Source: Eledone cirrhosa (Eukaryota). From it: a DNA stretch of 64,000 nt. Positions 27,301-41,358 of the stretch are shown here, one piece after another. Position 1 is the first letter of the stretch. The number at the start of each line of letters is the position of its first letter. The notes beneath the pieces are model-generated. The model was not told the origin of the DNA, did no database searches, and saw nothing but the letters and a program-made list of their open reading frames with translations. Position numbers and translations under genes: made by a program. Location: positions 382,292,001-382,356,000 of the forward strand of contig OZ024740.1 in assembly GCA_964016885.1 (NCBI GenBank), written 5' to 3'.

Positions 27301-27420
27301 TTGTCATGGTTAGTTTTACGATAATTCTTCCTTAGTTCCTTAAGGATAATGTTATTATACTTATCTTTAGATACGCCATATAAGTTTTGTCGGAATGGAC
27401 TAAGACTTTTTTAGAGGAAT
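24350..27420 (-). mobile_element. Penelope-like retroelement, probably Hydra clade; degenerate RT plus GIY-YIG, 3' pLTR with HHR
   Basis: RT pieces (RINLKDHK.NF....PVRLIAPSKSDLG, GGIYRDDALF, PYHK.N....YV...SNHP), IWYNAPFS..V linker, CNCPVRTKCPLNNQC (CxCx5Cx5C), LVYEC...TYFGSTSTSFKERFYNH. HHR at 24379-24449 with a mutated cleavage base. (TA)n at both ends. Confidence 0.9.
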
Positions 27421-27444
27421 TAATATATATATAAATATATATAC

Positions 27445-27514
<70 letters not shown>

Positions 27515-27535
27515 ATATATATACACATATATATA

Positions 27536-27574
<39 letters not shown>

Positions 27575-27771
27575 GTATATTAAATTATTCCTAACAAGCT
27601 CATATGTCCTAAGGCTCTGATACCATCAACACTATAAACACAAACACAGAGCTTGCATATCTAAGAACTGACTAACTGCTTGATGAGGTCATAGCCATTC
27701 AATGGCTATCATCGAAATATTTATAGAAGTAAATAAAGGATTATGAGTTCATGCAATTGACTTATGTTTCG

Positions 27772-27778
<7 letters not shown>
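27575..27778 (+). mobile_element. pLTR-like fragment with hammerhead motif (second copy at 30462-30628)
   Basis: TTGATGA-GGT-CATAGCCA-ttcaa-TGGCTAT-CATC-GAAA-TATTTA-TA at 27680-27725. Same 3' end (TTTCGTCAC|TATA) as the 30.5 kb copy. Confidence 0.7.
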
Positions 27779-27832
<54 letters not shown>

Positions 27833-27892
27833 TTACACATATATACACACACATATATATATACATATATAAATATACATATTTATATACAC

Positions 27893-28495
<603 letters not shown>

Positions 28496-28594
28496 CATAT
28501 ATATATATATATATATACACATATATATATATATATATATAGTATATATATATACATAAATAGGCATAAATATACCCCCACCCCACCCACACAC

Positions 28595-29020
28595 GATTTC
28601 CTGAACATGGAACCTCGTTCTTCTTCCAACTCTCACATTAACATACACACGCACACACACACACGTATACCTATACACATATACAAACACCACCTCCCGC
28701 CCTCCCTGCTCGGACACCCCGCCTCCCTCTCCTAACTCCAACCACCACCACCTCTATACGCCTCACACCCTTCCACCATTTGTTTATTTTTATGTTTATT
28801 TTTATGTTTATTTTTATTTTTATTTGTACTTCTTCAATCGTTTTTCCTCCCGCCCCCTTTTTTTAAATGTCTTTCCACCACTCCCCCACACATCCTCGGA
28901 ACTCTCTTCCTACCCACTTTTCTCCTGATGAAGGGCTTATGCCCGAAACGTCGTGCCCCAACCCTCGCTCTCAAATGCGTGAACCTAATAAACTCATACT
29001 TGTACTGCCTCTCTGTTTTT
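28595..29020 (+). mobile_element. PLE 3' end with a classic minimal hammerhead
   Basis: CTGATGA-A-GGGC-ttat-GCCC-GAAA-CG-TC at 28925-28952, followed by AATAAA near 28988. Confidence 0.65.
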
Positions 29021-29399
29021 ACAAAAATCTAAAATGTAAACACTGCAATACTTGCGCAGAGAAAAACATCAGCATAACCAAACTATCAGTTATTTTGAAA
29101 CAAAGAAATTGGATGGACATGAAAAAAAAAAAATGCGTTATCTGTCTGTCGTTTAAAATCGTTGCTTCTAAATGAAAATCTCATAAGGCTTTATTCGAGA
29201 TCAATGCTTTTTTTACAAAATATTTGCTTGTTTTACGGTGTATTCAAATAGGCTTGTTTTCAAGAAAAAATATTGTTTTAAAAGACTTTTTAATGGAAAT
29301 GAAGCAAAATGGAAGCTTAAGGTTGAAATTTCGATCTCATGAATTTTGCAGGTTAAAATTTTGCTGGCCCAAAAGTTGTTCGTGTATTTTTGAACTTTT

Positions 29400-29645
29400 G
29401 CACGCGTCAGAATGACGCCATAAAAGAGAAATAACTCGTCCCTCATCTCTATTTATACATTTGAGCTGAAAAATCAATACATTATAAATTCGATTTTTGC
29501 ACTTGGCGTGGGTTAATTTGAAAATTTTTTTAAATTTTCGTCTATAAGTGTAGCAATTTCACCGAAATTTGAACGTACGGTTTAGGAGATGTGACAAGCA
29601 GTAGACAGACAAGCAGACAGACAGAAAACCTCAATTTTATATATA
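29400..29645 (+). mobile_element. Possible non-autonomous Helitron/Helentron-like remnant
   Basis: AATTTCACCGAAATTTGAAC..ACGGTTTAGGAGAT followed by (GACA)n and TTTTATATA, a layout typical of DINE/Lep1-like elements. Confidence 0.35.
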
Positions 29646-29889
29646 TAAATATACATGTATAAATTCAGCGAGTATCGCATTTCGGCATGTAGAAAAAACG
29701 AAACATAACGCAAAGTTCCGAGTCATGCTGGCAACTCTCCATGGGTTAAAAAAATACCAGAGCAATAAACATAGGTTATAAACTGAGAAGGCGGTCAAGA
29801 AGCCATAATCCACCTAAGCCCCATAAAAGATAAGTCAAGCTAAACAGGTCAGACAAAATAAATGACATATTCATATTCATATATATATA

Positions 29890-29921
<32 letters not shown>

Positions 29922-30461
29922 CATATACATATATATATATAATAAACCTCGACCCTTGGAATTGATGGTAAAATTGGTGGAATTGATGGTAATTCTGTGA
30001 CACCTAAATCAATAATACTGTCTGCTTAAGACAATAAGCTTTTGGTATAATGATCGAACGAGCAATATCACGTTATCAACAAGTATTTTGTTCTGCGCCA
30101 GTATTGTGGATGACACAGTGGTTTGTAAAAGCACATGCGTAACTCACAGGGGAAAAAACCCCAGAATTTGGCAAATGAATTCAGTATGTGTAAATCCATG
30201 CAAAAAATTGCATAAATAGCACAAATCAAATAAGCTCTCGGCCGGGTAGTTTTTAAAATAAACTTATGCAATTAATCTTTCAATAGAGTTATTAACAGGT
30301 TAATTGTAAGAATCTGGATATTAATGCAAATATAAATTCAGCGAGAATCGAATTTCGGCGGGTAGAAAAAGCAAAACGTAACGCAAATTCCGAGTCATGT
30401 TGGCAAGCGCTCCATGGGCTAAAAAAGAGCAGAGCAATATATATATATATATATATATATA

Positions 30462-30622
30462 TGTCCAAAGGCTCTGATACCATCAACACTATACACACAG
30501 AGCCGGCATATCTAAGAACTGACTAACTGATTGATGAGGTCATAGCCATTCAATGGCTATCATCGAAATATATATACCAGTAAATGAAGGATTATGAGTT
30601 CATGCAATTGACTTATGTTTCG

Positions 30623-30628
<6 letters not shown>
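30462..30628 (+). mobile_element. pLTR-like fragment with hammerhead motif
   Basis: Copy of 27606-27778. HHR at 30526-30581 with an ACTG/CAGT stem I and GAAA-TATATA-TA. Confidence 0.7.
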
Positions 30629-30672
<44 letters not shown>

Positions 30673-30675
30673 GAA

Positions 30676-31069
30676 CGATCGACTTTCGTCAAATCGGACC
30701 GAGGGAACAATGTTTCCGTTGGTCTTTCCAATTGCTAATACTATCTATCGGTCGCAACTCCAGGTAGAAGGAGCAACGTGAAATAAAGTGTCTTGCTCAA
30801 GGACATAACGCATCGCCTGGTCCAGGAATCGAACTCACAACCTTACGATTGTGAAGGCGTGTGGCTGAGTGGTTAGAGTATTGGATTCACAATCGTGAGG
30901 TTGTGAGTTCGATTCCAGAACCAGGCGATGCGTTATGTCCTTGAGCAAGACACTTTATTTCACGTTGCTCCTTCTACCTGGAGTTGCGACCGATAGATAG
31001 TATTAGCAATTGGAAAGACCAACGGAAACATAGTTTCCTCGGTCCGATTTGACGAAAGTCGATCGACTA

Positions 31070-31071
<2 letters not shown>
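30676..31071 (+). mobile_element. tRNA-derived CORE-like SINE (family 2) with an inverted 5'-truncated copy, inserted in (TA)n
   Basis: Full copy 30856-31071 has A-box TGGCTGAGTGG, B-box GAGTTCGATTCC and CORE-like GTCCTTGAGCAAGACACTTTA. 30676-30855 is the reverse complement of 30886-31066. Confidence 0.85.
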
Positions 31072-31100
<29 letters not shown>

Positions 31101-31171
31101 CGTATATATATATATATATATAAATATATATATATATACATATACATATATATATATATACATATATATAC

Positions 31172-31210
<39 letters not shown>

Positions 31211-31223
31211 TATAAATATACAC

Positions 31224-31256
<33 letters not shown>

Positions 31257-31277
31257 TATATATAAATACACACATAT

Positions 31278-31325
<48 letters not shown>

Positions 31326-31413
31326 TCATATATATATATATATATTCATATATATATATATATATTCATATATATATATATATTCATATATATATATATA
31401 TATATAATCATAC

Positions 31414-31451
<38 letters not shown>

Positions 31452-34400
31452 TAAAATACAAATATTAATAAAATAGATGTTCCTTTTATCAATTACATTT
31501 TATTATACATATTTCAGATGTACAACAGTACTTCCTCATCAGACAAAATATAATGATACATGACATACCGTGAGATGTTAAATGGTTAAGATTTAATCAA
31601 GGTAGCGATTAACCTAAGACAAAGTTTAACATTTATACCCTAATAATGAGAAAATGCGAAAACGTAATAAATTCAATAGAGAACGTGTGAGTTAGAAAAA
31701 CGTTGCATAATGTAACAGTTATAGAGATTTTAAAATGTATGATACTACAATTTATCAGGGAAAGCGGTCAATGAGAGCTGCTGAGATAATATATATGTAG
31801 AAGGAGGTTTTCCGAAAGTTAAACGGTTAAGTTTGAAAATATTTAATTTATGATATTTTAGGGCGAAGAATCAAGATTTTAGGTTTAAAAAAAAAAAAAA
31901 AAAAAAAATTGCAGGTTATTTATTAGTTTTGAAAATTCAATAAGTGTTTTAAACATTTCTAAACTTCGGACTTTTATGAGGATACATTTTAAAGGATTTA
32001 GCTGGCCAGCGGAAAATAAAGTTTACACTGTCGAATATTTTTCTAAATCTAAGCTATCCCGGAGATATTCATTGTCAACATATTTTATGTAAATCTTATG
32101 AAGTATTTATTGTTAGAAATATTTAAATAACTATTATGTATATATACATACATATATATATATATATATATATTAATGAGCCTGTATATTTTAGGTAAAT
32201 CATAACGAAAATAAAAATAAGATAATAGATTTAGGCATGCTAAAGTTAATATATATACGTATATATAAAAAGGTGGAAATGCATTGATTATTCATAGTTC
32301 AAAATAAATGCTAATCAATAAATTTAGCTAAAAATTATGTATAGAATGATACATGGAGGTTTATATGGATATAAATTAGGTATTATTGATACAGTATACT
32401 TTAGGTAAATGATAACGGTTATAATTTTATATAATAAGGTTTGAAACGTGTTATAGTTAAATATATATATATATATCAGAAAAGCAAGGAAAGTTTACAC
32501 TGTTGAATATTTTCCTAAATATAAACTTTACCGAAGATAATCAATTGTCAACATATGGTATGTAAATCTTATGAAGTACTTATTGTTAGAAATATTTAAT
32601 TAACGATTATGTATATAGCTATTTATTAATGAGCCAGTATATTTTAGGTAAATGATAACGAAAAAAATATAATAGATTGAGGCATGCAAATTTAAATATA
32701 TACCAATATAACAGTGTAAATGCATTAATTATTCATAGTTCGAAATAAATAATAATCAAAAACACATGAAAAATTCACAGTTAGAAGTAAGTTCCATAAA
32801 AATGTATGGGTTGGATATTAAACTAAAATTTAAACCTTAGATAGGAAGATAAAGATAGAGAAATAAAGAAATAATGGTATGGATCAAAATTAATAATTAT
32901 AATATTATATTATGTATATCAATTATGTTATTGAACAAGTGTTTTTCATTGAAGCGTTATTTCTTCTATAGATAGATTATAAGATAATGCAATATTAAAG
33001 GCCATTAATGTTTTTCCCTGTTGATTATAAACGTCTGACAACCAAGTTTTTAATGGTTAAGTGTTTCTCTCTCTTTTTTTCTCGTTTTGTGGGAGGCTAA
33101 GAATGTGGACGTAGCTTTGTGGAGGCAACTAGAGAATAATTCACGTTTTTGTTAATTAGGGTCTCATAGTTATTAATAATCAACAGGGTCTCCATTGTAC
33201 AGAGTGCGCAGTTATTTGATATACTGGAGTTGCGGTAAACTCCACAGTTCCGAAGTTTAGTCCAAAGAATGGAGTATTTTAAATTCCTCTCTTTTAATGA
33301 CCATATGGGCTGTGATAAAGACGTGGATGATTTCCTCTTGGAGTTCGAGAAAGAGCATTTATGGTTCGCAAATATGGCTTTAAATAGAAGACGTCGATCC
33401 TATGTAGTTGTATGTGTTGTGATCAATTTTTACGGTGCATTTATAAACCAAGTTACTAGCTAGACAATTATTTTGCAAAGGGCAATCAGTTTTATTTCTA
33501 CAATTACATTTTGGTTTAGTATGATTTATGTTAACTCTATTATTAAGATCATTATGCTGGTTTTGTTTTAGGATTTTAGTGTTTAATTTGGCAATGTTTT
33601 GGGCCATGTTCATCGTTGTCGAATATGAGAATTTAATGGTATGTCTATTAAAAATAGAATGGTATTTATGTTGAGTAGGGAAAGAGGTGTCCAAAGCGTT
33701 AAAGAATAATTTTGCAATTGGTGTTTTGACTGCGACCGAAGCGGGGGGCGGGGGGCGAACCATATGACTGATTTAGTTCTAGTTCTTATCCTAGATTTAT
33801 TTGGCGTATGGGTGTTTGAATTATAATTGTTAGAGTTTTTCTTGTATATGTTATTATTTTTATTTAGACTAATACTTCGATTGTTATTATCTACATATTC
33901 TATATTATTCATATATCCTGCTATTTTTAACGCGTTGTTGTAGTATTCATCATTTTCATCGAATATAGCTTTATTGGCTGATATTTTATTGATTCGTTTT
34001 TGCACACTATTTACTATAGATTTTTTTACAGATTTAGGGTGATTGGAATGGTTACTAACATAGTTTAAGTTTTCATTGGGCTTATGAAAAGGGTAATAGA
34101 AGCCAGTGTTTAACTTAAAGGTAACGTCTAGGAAATTAACTATTTTGGTACCATTTTATACTTCTAACTTAAAGTCGTACTTTTTAAAGAATTCTATTAT
34201 ACTTTTCTTTACTCTATTTAGTTCTATATTGTTGTGTTTGACCACGGTAAATAAAATGTCGTCCCTATATAAACCACCGGTAATCTCCAGCAGTTTTCTA
34301 TTTATCATATTTAATATGAAAATTCCCAGAAGAACCATGATTTGCGCGGAATCGGATTCCCCCAGAGTAATCGTTGTTGAAGTAAAGAAGAGTTCTTCTG

Positions 34401-35122
34401 GCTGTTAGTATTATGTCTATTTCATCCGTGGTTATATCAGTATGCTTATAAGCATATGAAAGAGCCTTATTTAGAAGGTTAGGTGTTATGGAGGAATAGT
34501 AGCTAGTAATGTCCATCTGGATGAATTTATGGTTTTCTTATCTTCTATATACTTGTACCATTCTATGACTTCGTTTGTATCTTTCCATAAGCTCAAATTA
34601 GATCTCAATTTTTTACTGATTACTCCAATATCCAATTTCGATGGAGCAATCAGTCTAAATGGCATCTCTTCCTCAAAGTTTCCTTTGTGATCCTTCAAGT
34701 TAATCCTGGGCTATCTATGTAAAAATGGACCGGTTCTTCCTTCTATTCCTAAATTGGTAATTAATTTGTAGGCTTCTTCATTAATTTCAGTAAGATCACC
34801 AGCCGGTGCTTTTTTGTAATTTTTCCTAAGTTCTTTTAAAATCAAATTGTTATATTCGTCTTTGTTTATCCCATATAAATTATTAGTTTTGTCAGATTTA
34901 ACCAATACTTTGTTAACACTTTTTTTATTTCCGTGATTAGGATGTACTGTTGTACATCTGGAATATGTATAATAAAATGTAATTGATAAAAAGAACATCT
35001 ATGTTATTAATATTTCTATTTTAATATTAATAACTCTGGAAAATTATTTACCATAGAGTGCTTCCAATCTACTGTAAAACTCATTCTTTGATATACTCAT
35101 TGAATATTGTTTAACTCTTTAA
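31452..35122 (-). mobile_element. Penelope-like retroelement, probably Hydra clade, with an inverted 5' pLTR
   Basis: Frameshifted RT (VKSDKTNNLY, KDHK.NF....PFRLIAPSK, MDITSYYSSI, GGLYRDDILF), CNCRNKTDCPLQNNC, LVYKC...NYIGST. HHR at 31496-31550 (-). Inverted pLTR at 34940-35122. Internal 3' UTR duplication about 32015-32320 vs 32490-32760. Confidence 0.9.
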
Positions 35123-35147
35123 TATATATATATATATTAAAGAGTTA

Positions 35148-35219
<72 letters not shown>

Positions 35220-35608
35220 CATGTATAAATATATATAAGGAGTTACACCAGTCCAGCCTCCTGTTATTTTATAATAATTAACTCCGTACTCGCACCACCA
35301 ACAACACAAACGAAGACGGGTGAGTTGCATTACGTCGAGTGCTCTCCCTAATATTTCATCGAGGTCGACCATACGGAATGACCAGTTCGATCCAGTGGTG
35401 AACCAACGAACCTAACTGAGTATATATATATATATATAGTAATAAGAATATTTATATTTATATATGTTTGATGTAACTATAAATATGTAGGGTAGTACTA
35501 AGTACTAGCCGGTTATCGGTATTCTCCGATTAATCCAGACTTCCCTCTGGAAGAAACAATTGTCGGCAAATATGTGTTCGAAACTAAAATTTGATCGTTT
35601 TAACACTT

Positions 35609-35642
<34 letters not shown>

Positions 35643-35971
35643 AAGTGTTAAAACGATCAAATATATATAATGTTTAGACAACAGAACGTGTGTATAAGAT
35701 ACATGCGTCCTGTCGAATTTATGACAGTATTTAATTAGCACAATGCCTGAAAGCAGAGCCGTTATAGGCTTTATCTCTTATCTTTAACTTCTTTATCTTT
35801 TATTTTCCCTTATCTTTAATTATTGTAACTGATTTTGGTCTTATATGTATCGGCCTCTAGCGGTGACACGTCGTCCAAGCACCCCACTCTTCTTAGACCA
35901 CTGTGCTACACATGGATCGTTCTTGTGATATAGGTCAGTACAATTTATACTATTGATCTAATTCCTTTTAT

Positions 35972-36049
35972 AGCGCTCTGATGAGTCCAGCAATTATGCA
36001 AGGACGAAACACTGTCTGCAAAGAAAGATTAATTGATGATGTAAGCGCT
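35972..36049 (+). ncRNA. Canonical type I hammerhead ribozyme with an extended stem III
   Basis: AGCGCT-CTGATGA-GTCC..GGAC-GAAAC-[ACTGTC...GATGAT]-GTA-AGCGCT, inside a TA-bounded insert of about 390 bp (35672-36064). Confidence 0.8.
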
Positions 36050-36060
36050 CTTTGTTTTTG

Positions 36061-36154
<94 letters not shown>

Positions 36155-36479
36155 GTGTGTGTGTATGTGTGTGTGTGTCTGTGTAAAATGTAAACAGAAA
36201 TAACAATCCGTACAGTATATGGAAGTGATATATTAGGTTAACGCTTGATACATTTATAGATATACATATATATATATATACATATATACATATATATATA
36301 TATACATATATACATATATATGTATATATATATATATGTATATATGTATGTATATATATATACATATATACACACACATATATATATATATATATATACA
36401 TATATATATAAATACATATAAGTATGTATACGTACATACATATATGTATACAGTAGTATGTATATACATACATGTACAT

Positions 36480-38740
36480 TATTTATCGTTTTCGGTACGC
36501 CCGGCTGACTAACTCACTCGATATGCAAATTAAGCTACTCAGCCGTTAATATGCATAAGGAAAGTATATACTTTCAAATGTTCAATCATCTGACAGGAAC
36601 GTATACGGTGCTGATGACAGTTAATAAGCTAGAAACTAGTTGATCGTTCCTTTGTCAGTGTTGAACAAAATGGCAACGATGGTTGCCGAACACAGTACGG
36701 CTAATAATTCGGGATCTTTGTTTACAAACAAACCGAGCATTATAATTAGCCATTTTGAAATGGCATTCAAAGAGGCAGCGGCCGATACCATCCCTTTAAA
36801 ACCCAAGGTTAAAATGCGAAAACCCTGGGAAACAGAGAGGATACGCCAAAAGTCAAAGAGTTGCAAAACGCTGCAGAATTGAAAGACACTCAACGATCTC
36901 CATAAAACATTAGTAACTTCAATGTTGCTTGTACAGTACTGAAAAGTGAGTATGAAATTGAGCAAGCCGAATACATGCAGAAAAAGACCAATCATATCTC
37001 AAGTACTGTCAGCACTAAGAGGTCTGCTAAGCCTGGAAAACTGTCAATGAAATTAGTGGCAGAAAAACTAGTGACAGAGCCAAATTGAAAGCCTCCAGCC
37101 AAGACGAACGTTTAAAACTGTGGCAACACCATTTTCAGAACTTACTTGGCAAAGCACCAGAGATCATCGAAGAAGAAATAATACCCGTTTTTACAGAGGA
37201 ACTCCAAATACAGAAAAGTCCTTTCACTATGCAGGAACTACAGAAAGCAGTGAAAAGTATTGGTAACGGAAAAGCGTGCGGACTCGAGGAGATCCCAGCT
37301 GAAGTGAAGAAGGTACCTGAATTTCACCCAATCCAACTAGAGTTATGTAATGGTGTCTATAATGAAGACCCCATAGACAAATGGACTGAGGGATGTATAT
37401 TCCATTTTCCCAAAAAGGGTGATCTTGGAATGGCTAAAAGCTACAGTCGCATAACACCAGGGGCAATTGCCGCAAATATATACAATCTCATGTTGCTTGA
37501 CAGAATAAGACCTGTCATTAACACATTGCTGATAAAAAACAAAATGGCTTCCGCACGAACAGATCAACATCAGGGCAAATACTTACTATTCGGCGTATCT
37601 TGGAAGGCGTAAAAGCCCAAAACCTCCCAGCAACTCTCCTGTTTATTGACTTTACAAAAGCATTCGATTACATCCATCGTGGGAGGATGAGAGAGTTACT
37701 TCTAGCCTACGGCTTGCCAAAGGAAACAGTAAATGCCATCATGATGTTATATAAAAACACCCGCGCAATGGTGCACTCACCTGATGGAGATACCAACTTC
37801 TTTGACATCGTTGCAGGAGTACTCCAAGAGGATACTCTTGCACCATATCTTTTTATCATCTGCCTCGACTATGTATTGAGAAAAGCCCTGGACGAAAACT
37901 TAGAGCTTGGTTTCACTCTCACAAAGCGAAAGTGTAGACGCCATGCAGCTCAGAAATTCACCGATGCTGACTATGCGGATGATTTAGCGGTCCTCGCTGA
38001 CTATCTTAAGGATGCAACATCACTACTTCACAGCATCGAATCAGTTGCAAAGGAAATCGAACTCTATGTCAACGCACGCAAAACAGAATATATTTGCCTG
38101 AACCAAGACTCCTCAGTTGTTATGCGAAGTCTAAACGGCGATATAATCAAGCAAGTTGACGACTTCAAATACTTGGGTAGCTATATCGCCTCCACAGACA
38201 TGATGTTAACATCAGACTGGGAAAAGCCTGGGGAGCATTGAATGCAATGGAAAAAAAATATGGAAATCAAACCTGCAGGCCAATCTGAAAAGGAATTTCT
38301 TCAGAGCTGCTGTGGAATCTGTGCTTGCGTATGGCTCTCTCACTTTGACGCTAACGTCAAAACAGGAGAAAAAGCTAGACGGGGCATAAACACGTATGCT
38401 CCAAGCTGCTTTAAACGTATCTTGGAGGGAACACCTAACAAATAAGGATCTCTATGGCAATATACCGCCTATCAGCAAGTCAATACGTAAACAGAGACTC
38501 AGATTTGCTGGCCACTGTTGGCGCAGCAAGGAAGAAATACCAGACGATGTATGTTATGCAGTCCATCTCATGGAGCAAGAAGCGCTGGTCGTCCAAAGAA
38601 GACATACGTCAAGCAACTTAAGGACGATACTGGATGCACTGCGGAAGAACTGGCAAACGCTATGAGAGACAGAGATGGATGGAGGAAAAGTGTCGTAGAA
38701 GGCCGAGCAAGCTCAACCTGATGATGATGATGAATGATAA
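36480..38740 (+). pseudogene. RTE-clade LINE, degenerate ORF with a (TGA)n tail
   Basis: GKACGLEEIPAE, PKKGDL, LFIDFTKAFD, GVLQEDTLAPYLFII, DADYADDLA, DFKYLGS, RLRFAGHCWR, GRPKKTY. Several frameshifts. TGATGATGA tail at 38719. Confidence 0.9.
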
Positions 38741-38916
38741 TAAATGTTCGGTAAACCCATACGTACATATATATATGTGTGCATGTATGTATGATTATAC
38801 ATACTACTATACGTCTGTATAGATATATTGTATGTACGTATACGTACTTATATTTAAGTATCAGCCGTACTAAGGGTGAGAAATGAAATTTCATTTTTTT
38901 CTATATATAAATACAT

Positions 38917-38995
<79 letters not shown>

Positions 38996-39044
38996 TACAT
39001 ATCTATCTATCTATCTATCTATATATATATATATATAGAGATAT

Positions 39045-40145
39045 AAAAGATAAATATAAAATGAAAGTGCTTTTATAAAGGAATTTATTAGGTATTGACA
39101 TATGTTTCTGTAACAGACGGAATACCTATGTATCGCTGCTTGCCTAATCATATAATACTACCACGCAATCGATAGCAAATGCATAATCAGTTGTCACTTC
39201 TTCAGAGATATTGGATACATTGGAAAAAATCAGAAAAATCAAAGTATTTATATTAGTCGTAAGAAAGGAAGAGGAGAGGAGAAAGTATATGACAGATGGC
39301 AATTCAATTTGCTGGTAAACAAGTAGTGTGTAGAAGGTTTTTAATGAGAATACAATGTGTATATGGCTTATTTAATCTAAATACGAATTTTTGGGAGTGC
39401 TAATTTAAATTCATATTTGACCAGTTAAACAATGGACAGGCTTGGTGTGTTAGTATTAATACAGATACATGGTGTCAAGTAAGGAAGAGATATTTTCACT
39501 GCTACTGTATAACAACGATGCTGGTAGCCCGTTGGTATATGCTTTAGGGAATTAAATTGAGAAATCTTATTTTATCTATAGCATTTTATATTAAATGATA
39601 AAGTATAGAAGTGTTGATAGAATTAAAACTAATAGAGATAATGTTAATATGTATTTTGACAATCAGACGGAGATGGAGACAGGCGTTCAATCCTGGTAGC
39701 GTTTGTAATATGAAAATATAGATTTCAAGCGATGGTTACAGTATAACGGTCGCTCTATTGTGTTATTTAATAAAAAAAATGTTGGATTTCATAATACAAA
39801 ACATTTCCATATAACACAATCTACAAAATTTCTGTCCTTGGGATACGCCGGGGCGATGTTATTTAGCCTATTTTAGGTTAAACTGTTGGTTATTTTCGCG
39901 CAGCTGCCAAGCCTTGTCTGCGAGTGTTGTTACATAACGCTGGTTTTCATGTTTTATAGAGTATTCCGTCTGTTACAGAAACATATGTCAATACCTAATA
40001 AATACCTTTATAAAAGCACTTTCATTTTATATTCATCTTTTCTACATTTTCTCCAGAATATAATTTATACTCGTTGAGCAAACCAACACGTACGCTGTTC
40101 ATCTCTAATGTGACGATATATTATCACTACATTATTGATAACTTG

Positions 40146-40150
<5 letters not shown>
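39045..40150 (-). mobile_element. Strongly truncated PLE (EN C-terminus) with inverted pLTR and HHR-like motif
   Basis: Minus frame near 39790-39830 reads FCRLCYMEMFCI. CTGAAGA...GAAA-CATATG-TC at about 39097-39205 (-). 39046-39125 is inverted against 39960-40042. Confidence 0.7.
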
Positions 40151-40732
<582 letters not shown>

Positions 40733-41283
40733 AGAGACTGTTGAAGTTTGCTTGAAGAAAATTGGTCGTTTTGGAAGCCTCAACAATGCAGATGGGTGAA
40801 TCTCCGGGTAAAAGGATCAGGTGGTAATGAGAGAGATGTAAGAGGAAATGTAGAATGAGACGTATAGGGTGTAGAAGAAAGTAGGAAAGAGTGTAAAAAT
40901 AATAATAACACGAGATAGAGTTCCCTTGGAAGAAATTTAATTGTCCCTATATTTCGGATTCCGCATCCATAAACGGTGGCTTTTCCGAGGGGGAAAGTTT
41001 TTAATCGGAGAGGAACAACACCTAGAATATGTTGTCTAACGTGTGTGTTGAAACGAGTTCAGAAAACACACATTGATGGATGTGAAATTCGAAATATAGG
41101 GACAATTAAATCACTTTCAAGGTAACTCTATCTCGTGTTATTATTTTTACACTCTTTCTTACATTCCTCTACACCCTATACGTCTCATTCTACATTTCCT
41201 CTTACATCTCTCGCATTACCACCTGATTCTGTTACCCGGAGATTTACCCATCTGCATTGTTGAGGCATCCAAAACGACCAATT
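40733..41283. mobile_element. Family A hairpin element
   Basis: 40760-40970 is inverted against 41073-41283. Homologous to 7976-9073. Confidence 0.75.
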
Positions 41284-41300
41284 CTCTCTCTTTCTCTCTC

Positions 41301-41355
<55 letters not shown>

Positions 41356-41358
<3 letters not shown>

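Noticed and set aside
30856-30925. Possible tRNA-Val(CAC) gene
   Set aside because: The acceptor and anticodon stems do not pair properly and the sequence continues into a SINE body.
35237-35420. HHR-like fold on the minus strand (..TCGAT-GAAA-TAT-TA)
   Set aside because: No recognisable CUGANGA strand or stem I; too degenerate to call.
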